From the human T2T-CHM13v2.0 reference genome, Homo sapiens: 64,000 bases of DNA. Both the position numbers and the translations under genes were made by a program. Shown one piece after another: positions 13,874 to 31,322 of this stretch. The stretch lies in assembly GCF_009914755.1 (NCBI RefSeq), contig NC_060929.1; one strand, 5' to 3'. The stretch's first letter is position 1; each line of letters begins with the position of its first letter. The notes beneath the pieces were generated by a model, which saw only the letters and a list, made by a program, of their open reading frames with translations, had not been told where the DNA came from and did not search any database.

Positions 13874-13954
13874 TTAGGTTGGTGTGAAAGTAATTGCAGT
13901 TTTTGCCATTACTTTTAAATGACAAAAACCACAATTACTTTTGCACAAACCTAA
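13874..13954. mobile_element. MADE1 MITE (Hsmar1-derived), palindromic
   Basis: ttaggttggtgtgaaagtaattgc...caattacttttgcacaaacctaa inverted repeats flanked by TA. Confidence 0.93.
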
Positions 13955-14058
13955 TAATAATTGCCATTGTAACATTACATCGCATGCTTTAACCTTTTAT
14001 TATCTCACCTATAAATAGTACCTCTTAACATTTTTAAGTTAAGTGCCCCTATCATTAC

Positions 14059-14530
14059 TGTGAACCTCAAAAATCTTAGACAGGTCTTGGTTAATTTACA
14101 AAGTTTATTTTGTCAAGGTTGAGGATGTGCACCCATGACACAGCCTCAGGACGTCCTGACGACATGTGCCCTAAATGGTCAGAGCAGTTTGGTTTTATAC
14201 GTTTTAGGGATACATGAGACATCAATCAACATACGTAAGATGAATATTGGTTCAGTCCAGAAAAGGCAGGACAACTTGAAGCAAAAGAAGGACAATTTGA
14301 AGTGGGGAGGGGGCCTTCCAGGTCATAGGTAGATAAGAGACATATGGTTGCATTCTTTTGAGTTTCTGATTAGCCTTTCCAAAGGAGGCAGTCACATATA
14401 CATTTATCTCAGTGAGCAGAGGGGTGACTTTGAATAGAATGGGAGGCAGTTTTGCCTTAAGCAGTTCCCAGCTTGACTTTTCCCTTTAGCTTAGTGATTG
14501 TGGGGCTACGAGATTTATTTTCCCTTCACA
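14059..14530 (-). mobile_element. MER4A-like ERV1 solo LTR
   Basis: TG...CA termini, 4-bp TSD ttac (14055-14058, 14531-14534), catgacacagcctcagga motif. Confidence 0.85.
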
Positions 14531-14666
14531 TTACTTTCACCTAAAGGCACCTATGAATACATATTGAATATTTGTGTCAATTGGGAAAAGACGCTGCTTC
14601 AGGTGGACTCAACTCATATGGGCATGGATGATAGGTTTTTGATCTTTGGTACAAAGAAAACATGTC

Positions 14667-16360
14667 TGATATGGTTTGGATATTTGTCCCTGCTGAAATC
14701 TCATGTTGAAATGTACTCCTCAAAGTTGGAGGTAGGGCCTTGAATTAGTCCATTCTCACATTGCTGTAAGGAAATACCAGAGACTGGGTGATTTATAAAG
14801 AAAAGAGTTTTAATCGACTCACAGTTCCACATGGCTGAGGAGGCCTCAGAAAACTTACAATCATGATGGAAGGCACCTCTTCTCAGGGCAGCAGGAGAGA
14901 GAATGAGTGCCAGCAGGGGAAATGCCAGCTACTTATAAAACCATCAGATCTTGTGAGAACTCACTCATCATGAGAATAGCATGAGGAAACCACCTCTGTG
15001 ATTCAATTACCTCCCACCAGGTCCCTCCCATGACATGTGGGGATTATGGGGATTACAATTCAAGATGAAATTTGGGTGTGGACAAAGCCAAACCATATTA
15101 GGCCTGGTAGGAGGTGTTTGGTTCATAGAGGCAGACCTCTCATGGCTTGGTGCTCTCCTCATGATAGTGAGTGAGTTCTCATGAAACCTGGTTGCTTAAG
15201 TGTATGGCACCTGTATCCCCTCTCTCTCTTGCTCTCAGTTTTGCCATTTGAGATTCCTGCTCCCCCTTCACCTTCCACCATGATTGTAAACTTTCTGAGA
15301 CCTCCCCAGAAGCAGATGTCAGTGCTATGTTTACTCTACAGGTTGCAGAACAGTGAGCCAATTAAACCTCTTTTCTTATAAATTACCCAGCCTCAGGTAT
15401 TTCTATATAGAAATGAAAGAATGCCCTAATGCAGAAAGTTGCTATCAAGGAGTGAGATATTGCTATAAAAATACCTAAAAATATGGGCATCACTTTGGAA
15501 CTGGGTAATGGATAGAAGTTGGAAGAGTTTGGATAGCTTAGGAGAAGACAGGAAGGTGAGGGAAAGTTTGAAACTTCTTAGAAACTGGTTAAATGGTTGT
15601 GACCAAAATGCTGATGGTGATATGAACAATGAAGTCCAGGCTGATGAAGTCTCAGATGGAAATTAGGAACTTATTGGGAACTGGAGCAAAAGTCATGCAT
15701 GTCACGCCTTAGCAAAGAATTTTGTTGCATTGTCTTCATGCCCTGGGGGTCTGTGAAAATTTGAACTTCAGAGTGATGATTTATGGTGTCTGGTGGAAGA
15801 AATTTCTAAGCTGAAAAGTGTTAAAGATATAACCTGGCTGCTTCTCACAGTCTATGCTCAGATGCAGGAGCAAATAAATGATTTAAATTTGGAATTTATA
15901 TGTAAACATGAAGCAGAACATAAAAGTTTGGAAAATTTGCAGCCTAGTCATGTGGCAAAGAAAGAAAAAGCTTTTTCAGGACATAAATTCAAGGAGGCTG
16001 TGATGCAACCCCTTACTTGTGATATTGGCATAACTAAAAGGGAGCCAAGTACGAATATCCAAGACCATGAGAAAAAGACCTCAAGGGCATTTCAGAGACC
16101 TTCATAGCATCCCCTTATATTACAGGCCCAGAGGTCTAGGAAGGAAGAATTGTTTATGGGCCAGGCCCAGGGCCCCACTGCCCTACACAGCCTTGGGACT
16201 CTGCTTTCCACATTCTGGCTAGCAGCTCCTGTTCCCACCAAGGTCAAAGGGACTCAGGTGCAGCTCAAGCTGCCATTTTGGAGAACACAGGCTGTAAGCC
16301 TTGGGGGTTTCCATGTGGTATTAACCCTGCAGCCATGCAGACTGGCAGAATGAAGGCTTG
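14667..16360 (+). mobile_element. MST-type MaLR: 5' LTR (14667-14740 plus 15106-15433) and truncated internal region
   Basis: tgatatggtttgg start, ataaattacccagcctcaggtatttc...taatgca LTR end, then MaLR-int ttggaactgggtaatgg. Confidence 0.88.
14741..15100 (-). mobile_element. THE1C/D-like MaLR solo LTR nested in the MST LTR
   Basis: 5-bp TSD ggcct (14736-14740, 15101-15105); ttagtccattctcacattgct...ccaaaccatatta. Confidence 0.88.
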
Positions 16361-16369
16361 GCTTGGCTT

Positions 16370-19080
16370 CACACTTTATCAAATGTACTTCATTTTTTAA
16401 CTTCTACATTCTCCTTTGAAAGCATCATCATTTGTGTTTTGTATAGCAGTTAAATGTAATGCAAAACATTTACATTACTACACCAATGTATCATTCACCA
16501 TAGGAAAACCAATTATGACTATATATCCTTTCTTTTGTATAGCTTTTTGTTTCCCCAAAATTGCCATTTTTAATTTTTATTCTCTCCCTCTCTTCCTTTC
16601 TTCTTCTCATTTGGAGCTCTCTAGCCCTTGCTTCAAGCTAGACTAATTGATCTTGGCACCTGCTGCATGTGGGCTTTTTGTTTTTCTAATTGTTTTCTTA
16701 GGTTGAAGCCTTATTTCCTGGATCCCAAGTCTTTTTGTTTTTAATTTACTGTCTGGTTTTGCCAGGTTGGAACAGAGCCTCAAGTAGCTACTCACCAGAA
16801 GAGATGAAGTTTCTCATTTCTTACACATTTAAATTGTGTCCTCTTTACCTTCAAAATTCACTTTTATAATTTGGCTGAGAACAGAATTCTAGATTGAACA
16901 CCACTCCTCTCAGAATCTTAAGTCTGGCTTCCCTGTCTTCTAGCACCCACTACAGTACATGAGATATTTATTCTGTCAAGTCTCATTTTATGTGTTTTTT
17001 TCCTACCTTGTTCCATCATCATTCCTCTACCATCAATAGAAATTTTAACACATTCTCTTTCTTTTATTGCTTTAAAATTTCACAATGGTAAGTTGAGGTG
17101 TCTTTTTAAAATCAGCTTTGGATATGGTTTGACTCTGTGTCTGCACCCGAATTTCATCTCCAATTGTAATCCCTATGTGTTGAGGGAGGGATCTGTAACT
17201 CCCAGCTATTGAGAGACAAAAGTGACTGGATCATGGGAGTGGTTTCCCCATGCTCTTCTTGTGACAGTGAGTGAGTTCTCACAAGATCTGATGGTTTTAT
17301 AAGTATTTGAAAGTTCTTCCTTTGCTCTTCTCTCCCTTGTTTCCCTGTGAGGAAGATGCCTGCTTCCCCTTCTGCCATGATTGTAAGTTTCCTGAGGCCT
17401 CCCTAGCTGTGCAGAACTGTGAGCAAATTAAACCTTTTTTGTTTATAAATTATCCAGTCTCGGGTAGTAACTTTATAGTGTGTGGAAATGGACTATTACA
17501 GCTTCCATGGTATTCTAGTAAGCTTTCTCAATATGAAATTTTTGTCTTCCTTTAACTTGGGACCTTTTCTTATAAAATTTATTTGATGATTTCTTCACCT
17601 CTATTTTATCTGCTCTTTCTGAAACTACCCTAAGACAGATATTAAATGGCATGGTTACATACCATATCTTATCTTTCCTTTCATATTTTTACCACCTTGC
17701 ATTTTAGGTAACATAATAGATTCTGAAACAAGACTTCATGGGCTAAATCCTGTCTCCCCACTTATCATATATGTGACCCATGGTGGCTTCTTACCCTTTC
17801 TTGCTTACATTTCCTTATCTATAGAATGGACTAATGGTGATGTCTACTCATTGCATTGTTCAGAGGACTAAATGAGTTACTTTATTTATAACAGTGCCTA
17901 TCACAGAGTAATCACTTAATGCAAGTTAGCTATTATAATACTACTAGAAATAGTATTGCAAAGCAGTTAAGCTCATGGACTCTAGAGCTAGACTGGCTTT
18001 TAATTTTGGCTACTTAGCTAAGTGTTCTTGGGAAAGTTGCTTAATTTCTCTGTACCTCAGCTATAAAGGAAGAACCTCATACTATTTATACAATAGGCTT
18101 GCTGTGTCACTAAAGTACTTAGAACTGTTCCTGGCTATTTGGAAAATTTAAGCTATTTGGAAAAGTTTTTGACCTTATCTTAAAAAGCTGCTAATGACTT
18201 GGAATTTTTGAATCATATTTTAATTTTTATGATCTCTTCATGTTCTCTTATGGTTTCTTCTTCATAGCATACTGTTCATGCTTTGTGAATACATATCTTC
18301 TCAAATTTCTCTGAAGATGCCAAGTTGACATTCTATTCCCTGAATAATCTTAATTTCTTTCTGAGTGACTCTTAAAATGTGTTTATTGTCTACTTTTGCC
18401 TTCATTTAGAAATCTTTCCTAAAGGTCCTGGTAAGCTTTAATTGGTCATTCTGTATTTCAGAACCAGGTCATATAATGTCTAACCTGGGATTCAGTGAAC
18501 CGGAGTGCTATATGTTAATAATTATTATTGCTTTAGGGGTAATGGGCAAGAAGCTGGTCATTATGTCTTATAGCCCCCAAATTCCAGGTGACTGTGTACT
18601 TTCCTTTAGTATGACAATATTCACATGGGCTGCTGTGGTTCTCCCAGACAGTTTTTGTTCAGTATCTTTAGGGAAGAGCCCTCATGTCTCCCCTCTGAGA
18701 TAAATGCCTATTTTCTGGCTGTCGGGATGAATAGAGTGGGGAAGCCAGCTACTCTGTTCTCAGACCTTCCACTAGTCCCACATGTTTTACTCCTTCCATG
18801 GGGCCTTGAGTCTGAAGCCTTGCCAGTGTCCCCTGGGAAAAGTCGTGGGCTTCTTTGGTGGCTGCACATATAGCCTGGATTCTAGGCTGCAGCTTCCTCC
18901 CACACAGTCTCTGTAGCCAACATCACCTCTATCTTTCTGCCTTCCAGAAACATTGAAATTGCTTTTCCATTAATAGTCTCTCTCTTCTTCTATCTGTTGT
19001 TATGGACAAATACATTTTTTTATTCCTGTCCTACTGATTGAATGGAGACTTGGGAGGAAGAAAAGATAAATACAGAAGTC
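16370..19080 (-). mobile_element. Highly decayed L1ME-like fragments, interrupted by a THE1 LTR and MIRs (~17715-18140)
   Basis: T-rich reverse-L1 character, e.g. ataatttggctgagaacagaattctagattgaa; MIR cores present. Confidence 0.55.
17120..17500 (+). mobile_element. THE1D-like MaLR solo LTR
   Basis: gatatggtttgactctgtgtc...ttgtaagtttcctgaggcctccc...gactattaca; imperfect TSD gcttt/gcttc. Confidence 0.85.
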
Positions 19081-19302
19081 CAGTCGGCCATCTTTAATGA
19101 GCACTGTCGGAGATGTATTTTAAAAGGATCCCTTGGTTTGCCTCAGCCTCATTTTGACATATTTTGGTTTTAATGAGCTAGTCTCACAACATTCCCAGTA
19201 ATAAAGTATGATATGTAAAAAGGAATATTAAACTGTAAAGGCATTTGTTCTGAGTTTGTGACTACTAAGGAATATAGTGACCTCTTGTTGTTTTTTTGGT
19301 AG

Positions 19303-19418
19303 CTTGAAGTTCATGCCTCCTAGGTATCAGGAAGCTCTTCCTTGTTGGCCTCAGGCTTTATTCAGTATCCTTTTGATTGTTATAGCATCCCCCCAAACTT
19401 ATAATTCTTGTGCAATTG
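19303..19418 (+). pseudogene. Candidate exon (frame uncertain)
   Basis: Strong acceptor cttgttgtttttttggtAG and TG|GTaatg donor in non-repeat DNA. Confidence 0.3.
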
Positions 19419-19720
19419 GTAATGTGTGTCTGTCTACTGCTAACTATCATAAGCCCTAAAGGTTTATCTAGTCTCTTACCCTGGTGATATGGGCCATATA
19501 ACAAAGAACTTTCTAGAAATACCATTCCATATAGCCTAGAACTGCGCTAGTTCTAAGAAACTCACTTAGTAGTTTTTCATTCTCTTACTGGAAAAAAATG
19601 TTTTGGATATTTTCTATATGTGAGTTATAGGAGATACAGTGAACAGGACAAACATGGACCCTATCATTGTAGAACTTTGTTCTACAGGATTCTTTTTTTT
19701 TATACCAATGTATAATAGTT

Positions 19721-19955
19721 TGTATTAATTTGGTAGCACTGCTGTACAATGAACTAGGTGGCTTTGACAACAGCAATTTATTCTCTTGTAGTAGAACCCA
19801 GAAGTCCAAAATCAAAGTGTCAGCAGAGTTGGTTCATTCTGGAGGCTGTGAGACGTAATCTATTCTATGCCTCTCTCATACCTTCTGGTGGCTGCTGGGA
19901 ATCCTTGGTGTTTCTTGGCTTGTAGATGCATCATTCAAATACCTGCTTCTGTCTT
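19721..19955 (-). mobile_element. Half of an MLT1 (MLT1C-like) LTR inside the transduced segment
   Basis: ccagaagtccaaaatcaaagtgtcagcagagttgg...ggaatccttggtgtttcttggcttgtagatgcatca; remainder absent on the other side of the L1. Confidence 0.8.
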
Positions 19956-20366
19956 TTATTTTTTTCTTATTTTTTTTGTTTTTTCTTTTCTTTTATTTTA
20001 TTGTTATTATACTTTAAGTTTTAGGGTACATGTGCACAATGTGCAGGTTAGTTACATATGTATACATGTGTCATGCTGGTGTGCTGCACCCATTAACTCA
20101 TCATTTAGCATTAGGCATATCTCCTAAAGCTATCCATCCCCCCTCCCCCAACCCGACAACAGTCCCTAGACTGTGATGTTCCTCTTCCTGTGTCTATGTG
20201 TTCTCATTGTTCAATTCCCACCTATGAGTGAGAACATGCAGTGTTTGGTTTTTTGTTCTTGTGATAGTTTACTGAGAATGATGATTTCCAGTTTCATCCA
20301 TGTCCCTACAAAGGACATGAACACATCATTTTTTATGGCTGTATAGTATTCCATGGTGTATATGTG

Positions 20367-22019
<1,653 letters not shown>

Positions 22020-22022
22020 TTA

Positions 22023-22325
<303 letters not shown>

Positions 22326-22328
22326 TCA

Positions 22329-22955
<627 letters not shown>

Positions 22956-23016
22956 TCATTAATTTTTTGAAGGGTTTTTTTGTGTCTCTATTTCCTTCAG
23001 TTCTGCTCTGATGTTA

Positions 23017-23532
<516 letters not shown>

Positions 23533-26500
23533 TTAACTTTCTGTCTCATCGATCTGTGTAATGTTGACAGTGGGGTGTTAAAGTCTCCCATTATTATTGT
23601 GTGGGAGTCTAAGTCTCTTTGTAGGTCACTAAGGACTTGCTTTATGAGTCTAGGTGCTCCTGTATTGGGTGCATATATATTTAGGATAGTTAGCTCTTCT
23701 TGTTGAATTGATCCCTTTACCATTATGTAATGGCCTTCTTTGTCTCTTTTGATCTTTGTTGGTTTAAGTCTGTTTTATCAGAGACTAGGATTGCAACCCC
23801 TGCCTTTTTTTGTTTTCCATTTGCTTGGTAGATCTTCCTCCATCCTTTTATTTTGAGCCTATATGTGTCTCTGCACGTGAGGTGGGTTTCCTGAATACAG
23901 CACACTGATGGATCTTTACTCTTTATCCAATTTGCCAGTCTGTGTCTTTTAATTGGAGAATTTAGTCCATTTACATTTAAAGTTAATATTGTTATGTGTG
24001 AATTTGATCCTGTCATTATGATGTTAGCTGGTGATTTTGCTCGTCAGTTGATGCAGTTTCTTCCTAGCCTCGATGGTCTTTACAATTTGGCATGATTTTG
24101 CAGTGGCTGATACCGGTTGTTCCTTTCCATGTTTAGTGCTTCCTTCAGGAGCTCTTTTAGGGCAGGCCCGGTGGTGACAAAGTCTCTCAGCGTTTGCTCG
24201 TCTGTAAAGTATTTTATTTCTCGTTCACTTATGAAGCTTAGTTTGGCTGGATATGAAATTCTGGGTTGAAAATTCTTTTCTTTAAGAATGTTGAATATTG
24301 GCCCCCACTCTCTTCTGGCTTGTAGAGTTTCTGCCGAGAGATCCGCTGTTAGTCTGATGGGCTTCCCTTTGTGGGTAACCCGACCTTTCTCTCTAGCTGC
24401 CCTTAACATTTTTTCCTTCATTTCAACTTTGGTGAATCTGACAATTATGTGTCTTGGAGTTGCTCTTCTCAAGGAGTATCTTTGTGGCATTCTCTATATT
24501 TCCTGAATCTGAATGTTGGCCTGACTTGCTAGATTGGGGAAGTTCTCCTGGATAATATCCTGCAGAGTGTTTTCCAACTTGGTTCCATTCTCCCCGTCGC
24601 TTTCAGGAACACCAATCAGATGTAGATTTGGTCTTTTCACATAGTCCCATATTTCTTCGAGGCTTTGTTCGTTTCTTTTTATTCTTTTTTCTCTAAACTT
24701 CCCTTCTTGCTTCATTTCATTCATTTCATCTTCCATCACTGATACCCTTTCTTCCAGTTGATCGCATCAGCTCCTGAGGCTTCTGCATTCTTCACGTAGT
24801 TCTTGAGCCTTGGCTTTCAGCTCCATCAGCTCCTTTAAGCACTTCTCTGTATTGGTTATTCTAGTTATACATTCGTCTAAATTTTTTTCAAAGTTTTCAA
24901 CTTCTTTGCCTTTGGTTTGAATTTCCCCCTGTAGCTCAGAGTCATTTGATCGTCTGAAGCCTTCCTCTCTCAACTCGTCAAGGTCATTCTCCGTCCAGCT
25001 TTGTTCCATTGCTGGTGAGGAGCTGCGTTCCTTTGGAGGAGGAGAGGTGCTCTGCTTTTTAGAGTTTCCAGCTTCTGTGCTCTGTTTTTTCCCCATCTTT
25101 GTGGTTTTATCTGCTTTTGGTCTTTGATGATGGTGATGTACAGATGGGTTTTTGGTGTGGATGTCCTTTCTGTTTGTTAGTTTTCCTTCTAACAGACAGG
25201 ACCCTCAGCTGCAGGTCTGTTGGAGTTTGCTAGAGGTCCACTCCAGACCCTGTTTGCCTGGGTACCAGAAGCGGTGGCTGCAGAACAGCAGATTTTCGTG
25301 AACCGTGAATGCTGCTGTCTGATCGTTCCTCTGGAAGTTTTGTCTCAGAGGAGTACCCGGCTGTGTGAGGTGTCAGTCTGCCCCTACTGGGGGGTGCCTC
25401 CCAGTTAGGCTGCTTGGGGGTCACAGGTCAGGGACCCACTTGAGGAGGCAGTCTGCCTGTTCTCAGATCTCCAGCTGCGTGCTGCGAGAACCACTGCTCT
25501 CTTCAAAGCTGTCAGACAGGGACATTTAAGTCTGCAGAGGTTACTGCTGTCTTTTTGTTTGTCTGTGCCCTGCCCCCAGAGGTGGAGCCTACAGAGACAG
25601 GCAGGTCTCCTTGAGCTGTGGTGGGCTCCACCCAGTTAGAGCTTCCTGGCTGCTTTGTTTACCTAAGCAAGCCTGGGCAATGGCGGGCGCCCCTCCCACA
25701 GCCTTGCTGCCACCTTGCAGTTTGATCTCAGAGTGCTGTGCTAGCAATCAGCGAGACTCCGTGGGCGTAGGACCCTCCGAGCCATGTGCGGGATATAATC
25801 TCCTGGTGCGCTGTTTTTTAAGCCCATAGGAAAAGCACAGTATTGGGGTGGGAGTGACCCGATTTTCCAGGTGCCCTCTGTCACCCCTTTCTTTGACTAG
25901 GAAAGGGAACTCCCTGACCCCTTGCACTTCCCGAGTGAGGCAATGCCTTGCCCTGCTTTGGCTCACGCATGGTGTGCTGCACCCACTGTCCTGTGCCCAC
26001 TGTCTGGCACTCCCTAGTGAGATGAACCCAGTACCTCAGATGGAAATGCAGAAATCTCCCGCCTTCTGTGTCGCTCACCCTGGGAGCTGTAGACCGGAGC
26101 TGTTCTTATTCGGCCACCTTGGCTCCACCCTACAGGATTCTTTTTAGTCCAGGCTCACCTAGTTCTTGTCAGCTTTCCTCACTTGAGCACCTCTCAGCAG
26201 AATGCACCTCCAGTCCCACCTTCTATTCTGAAAGGGAAAAGGAGATAGTAAGAGTCAAATAGGAAAAAGCTTGGATGCACTTTGCTGCTCCCACCAAAAG
26301 CTGTGCTATTTGCTCTTTAAGTTCTTAGGGCTCTCTGGGTGTGCAATGGATGAGAAGTAGGCAGATAATGTAATTAACTAAATTAAATCTACTTAAAAGG
26401 TTTTTAAACACTTACCCAGCATATTATGTTGTGAATGAGAGAATGATAGAATTATATTTTCTGGAGCAGTGTACACTGATCATCTTTTATTTTCAGCAAA

Positions 26501-27044
26501 AAAACCTCTTGTGTTACTAACACAATAACATATACAAATAAAGTCAAGAAGTACCAGTGTTGTCATTTCTCTATTATAGAATCCACTCACATTTTAGTTA
26601 TTCCAAAACTCTTTAACTGCCACAAAAGAGGGCAATCCTAGAGATGTCACATTTTAAATTCTAGGCACAAAACCCTTCAGATGACATAGCAGTTATTCCT
26701 TCTTTTCCTAATGAGGCTGACAGCCACCAGAGGCCCTCCAACTCCAGAACTCAACAATAGAACTGGAATGCTAATGAGCTCTCAACAGTGCATCAGCCCA
26801 GAGGTAAATCTGGTGGTGATCGATCATTCTGAAAGCACATATTTGCCTGTCATGTCCACAACTGGTATGTTAAGCACCTGCAGTCTGCTCCATGTCTATA
26901 TAGGCTTCTTTTCTATGGAGTACTGTCTTAATGTCAACAACCATTTTAGGTTAATCTGTTCACTTGTTATTCCTTACCTGAAATTATTTTCTCAATATTC
27001 TTCTGCCTCAAAACAAATTCTCAATGTTCACTGTCTCTTGTGAG

Positions 27045-27170
27045 GGAAATCTCATACTGGCAAAGATGACTCTGCTTTTTTGGTGCTGATAATACTCACT
27101 GTTATTCAACAAAAGATTTTACTTTATCCCATGAATAATAATGCTGAGCCTTTGATTTACTGAGTCGGAT
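27045..27170 (+). pseudogene. Weak candidate exon (second-half DUF4537-like)
   Basis: Reads GNLILAKMTL, then after frameshifts VIQQKILLYPMNNNAEPLIY; splice sites weak. Confidence 0.2.
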
Positions 27171-27616
27171 GAGTGATTGAGGTTGAGAGGCCTGGGTTAT
27201 ACCTCCACAGTCTACTTTGTGAGTATCTGGGTACTCAGAGATCTAGTTATGGAAGAGTCCAGGAAAGAACTTAATGGTCTGCCTTGTTCTCCACACAGGC
27301 TCCAACAGCAGGAGAAGACCATTTTGTATGGCTCGATCCTTCCAAGGTTGGGAGCCAAACAACCTGCTGAACATGCCAATGTGGCATAACTATGAACTAA
27401 AGAAACATCCTCCACCCAAATCTCCCAGGCCAGGAATAAGGAGGGCTAAAGACCTCTCTACAGTCTGCCACCTCAGTGTTTCATGTTTATATTGTCAAGT
27501 CGCTCCTCAATAAAATTCATCCCATTTCCAGAATGTCTCAGAGCAGACAGATCACTCAGCTGGGAGTCAATTCCCCTTCAACCCATCTTCATCAAGATAC
27601 CATATTATCCTCCTTA

Positions 27617-27799
<183 letters not shown>

Positions 27800-30700
27800 T
27801 CATCATTCCTCTGCCATAGGTACTGCGATGATTCTCTATTGAATCATTTGGATAAGGCCAGCCTTCCTCAATATCATATTCAAGGTTCTCCATTGTTTTT
27901 CCCCAGTCAATACTTTTCTAGTATATTTTCCACTTCTCTTCTTTTCATTGGCATTTCTATCCAAAGCTTATCTTTGTTGATGCAGTTCACCCACTTGAAA
28001 TTCTCTCACAGTTTTCAACAACAAGGACTCTACTCAACTACAGAATGAGTGTCTCTTGGAGTGGGAACACAAGAGGAGAAATTTTTGGTCATTGAGAGTG
28101 ATTTTATTCTTAACCTATTTTCCCAGTGAGACTCTAAAAGCCCAAGAGGGCAAATACACTTGCCTTCCAGGGACCTAAGCTGCCACATTTAGTTAAGGTT
28201 ATTTGTCTTTTGCAAGATACTCTAGAGCACTGAGACATTTCACAATGTTTCATTACAGAGGAAGTGAGGATTATGGCATGTAAATTTTAATGTTGAGAAA
28301 TTCCGTTTTTCACAGTTATTTTAACTTCCCTAAAAGCACATACAACTGTAATCATCTCAAAAAAGGAGAGTTCTGATAGCTATCTACTTCTTTGCCATTA
28401 ATTCAACCTATTCATTCTATGATTAAACACATCCTTTACATTGTGTTTTGGATTTGCCCAACTGTCTAAGTTGTTTGAGAGAATATGTTCAGAGGTCTTC
28501 AAGAAAAAAAGTGTTTTTAGATTTTTGATCACACTAGTCTCGTTCATGACAAGATATCAAAATATCAAGATTCTTATCTTAATCAAACGAACTTACTTCT
28601 ATCCTAGGAAAAAATTTGGAAGTACCCGGTTCAGATTTTTTAAAACCTTCTTTCTATTTCCCACAAGATGTTTTACAAGTTCAGAGAAGCAGTTGTTTTC
28701 AGAATTTTGACCTTGATTTGTATAGAATCAACCTAGCTATTGTAACTTCCTACATCTTAAATAACATGTTTTTCACATTAACTTTGATGAACTGCTGCCT
28801 GAAATTGATTCCTTGGACCTTAATTTAGTGGTCCATTGGCTACTTGCTTTATAAGAATGTTTATTTTTATTCTAGAAGTCAAAGATCAAAATGAGCTATT
28901 CCTTACCACATTTCAGACATGGTAATTTTAACAGGGCATAGAAGTTTGTTTCTATTGTGCAACCTCTGATGCTGCACAATTAACGACCACTGAAAGAACC
29001 TGAGGGAAAAAATATTATTATTAATACTGGCTGCTGTTTTTGTGAGGTGGTAGTTGCTACTGCTGGGAAATTAAGTGGAAGAAAAGGGAAAAAATGAAAA
29101 ATTTTACATTTGCAGATTTAACATATGTGGAGGGACGACTTGCTTCAAGGCATTTGCATACTAACTTTTAACAGTAGTAGCAACATTAAGTGATATTTTA
29201 GTTCAAGATTTATATTTGGTGCTAATAATCTGAGGAATAATTTAGAGAACTACACACACAGAGAAACACACACACACGCACACGCACACAGAGACACACA
29301 GTGTGAGATCTAAAACGTAGCATTTGCCAGAAAGTAGGGCTATAACTCAGTAAAATGATGTTGGCTACCAAGCATGAAAAGCCCTGCTTACTTATGCTGG
29401 GACGCACTTATAAATCAAAAGAAGCCCTGAGGTGAACAAATCATTTATGCAAAAATTTTGCTTTTGCCTACATAAGTGATTAGCTTTAATTCAGTACTTT
29501 TTTTAAGCCTGATAGCTCATTTTTTTTTATCATTTAGTAAGTGTCCTCACAAGTTTATCAGATAATTTGCTAAAAACCACTGATGCCATAGATTAATTTA
29601 CATGTAAGGTTAAGTGGCATTGTTTCGAAAGCTTTCTACCTCCCCAGTACATATACCTTTTGCCATCTCTTTAATTAGAGCACACTTGGAGCCCAAAATA
29701 GAATCTCCTGGTAATGTAAATGTGCTTGAAAATGGTTAAAAGGGTAAATTTTATGTTATATATATTTTACCACAATAAATAAATAATTTTAAAAATCACC
29801 ATTAAAACAAATAAAACTTAAATACCCCAGGTTTACCTCCAGATGATATTGTTTAATTGCCCCTGCCTGGAAGGCATAGGTATTTATTAAACATTCTACA
29901 GATGACTCAGATGTCCCCAGGGTTACTAACCTCTGACCCAGCTGACTCCTGTCTCTGTTAGCCACTTCCTCTTGCAAGTTCTCCTGCACATTGACATCCT
30001 GTTAAAGTCCCAAAAACTTTTATCACATCACTCTCCTGTTCAGTTCCTTCACTTGCTCCCGATGACTGGACCATTGTCAACTGTTTAAGCAGTAACTTCT
30101 ATAAGTGAGGAAGGCATCATTGAGTATAATAGACAGCATTTAATATTAATTTTAATACTAGGGAAATATTTTGAATCTTAAAAACTGACACATAGCAAAA
30201 TATATATAAGCCTAGATTTCCAGGGTCAGAGCCAGGTCCATAGTTTGTAAACTATGTGGCTACCCAAGTGGGATGAAAAACTTCTCACTTGGTGGTTCAT
30301 GTCTAGAAAACTGAAATTCCAAAATCAAGGCTTCATTTCGTTGGGTTAAAGAAGCAAAGAACATTAAAATGCAAATGTCCCTAAGGGGGAAGTCTGACAT
30401 GGGATTGCCTTTCCTTTCTAGCTGGACTATTAACTGAAGGGAAGATCTATCTGATGGGGAATTGGTAGAGAGATCAAGAACACTGGGAATCTCCAGAGAC
30501 TCTCAGCATTAGGAGAAGCCCATATGAAAAAAAGGAGTAAAAATGCTGAAAACCAGCTCTCTTTACTTCATCATTTTCCTTTAATAGCTCTGCCTTAAGG
30601 TGTGTGCATGTGTGTGCACTTGCACAATCTGTGTAAGAGAGTGAGGGAAATATTTAAAATTACAGCTATCTTCTAAGATTAGATAGTTGTGATTTAAATA

Positions 30701-30951
30701 ATAATTCTTTAGTTGGAAATTTTAAAAATGAGCAATGAGAAGGTGCTTGCTCTATCAAACATTAAAAAGTAGAACAAAGTTACAAAAACTAAAGTATCGT
30801 GGGAGTAGCATTGGAATACACAGAGAGATAAATGAATAGAAAAAAATCAATAAACATATTCAAGTATACACACATTTATGTATGGATTTTATGTTATTTA
30901 GCAGATGATAAAGATGACATAAAATCATGAGGCCATTAAAATGTAGAAACA

Positions 30952-31322
<371 letters not shown>

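Noticed and set aside
15793-16107. 104-aa ORF
   Set aside because: Remnant of the MaLR internal ORF within MST-int.
18462-18538. Exon-like segment EPGHIMSNLGFSEPEC
   Set aside because: It is embedded in decayed L1ME-like sequence.
28470-28740. Segment reading FRGLQEKKCF*IFDHTSLVHDKISKY, possibly another exon of the candidate gene
   Set aside because: Splice boundaries and frame are ambiguous; not listed as a feature, but worth including in the homology search.
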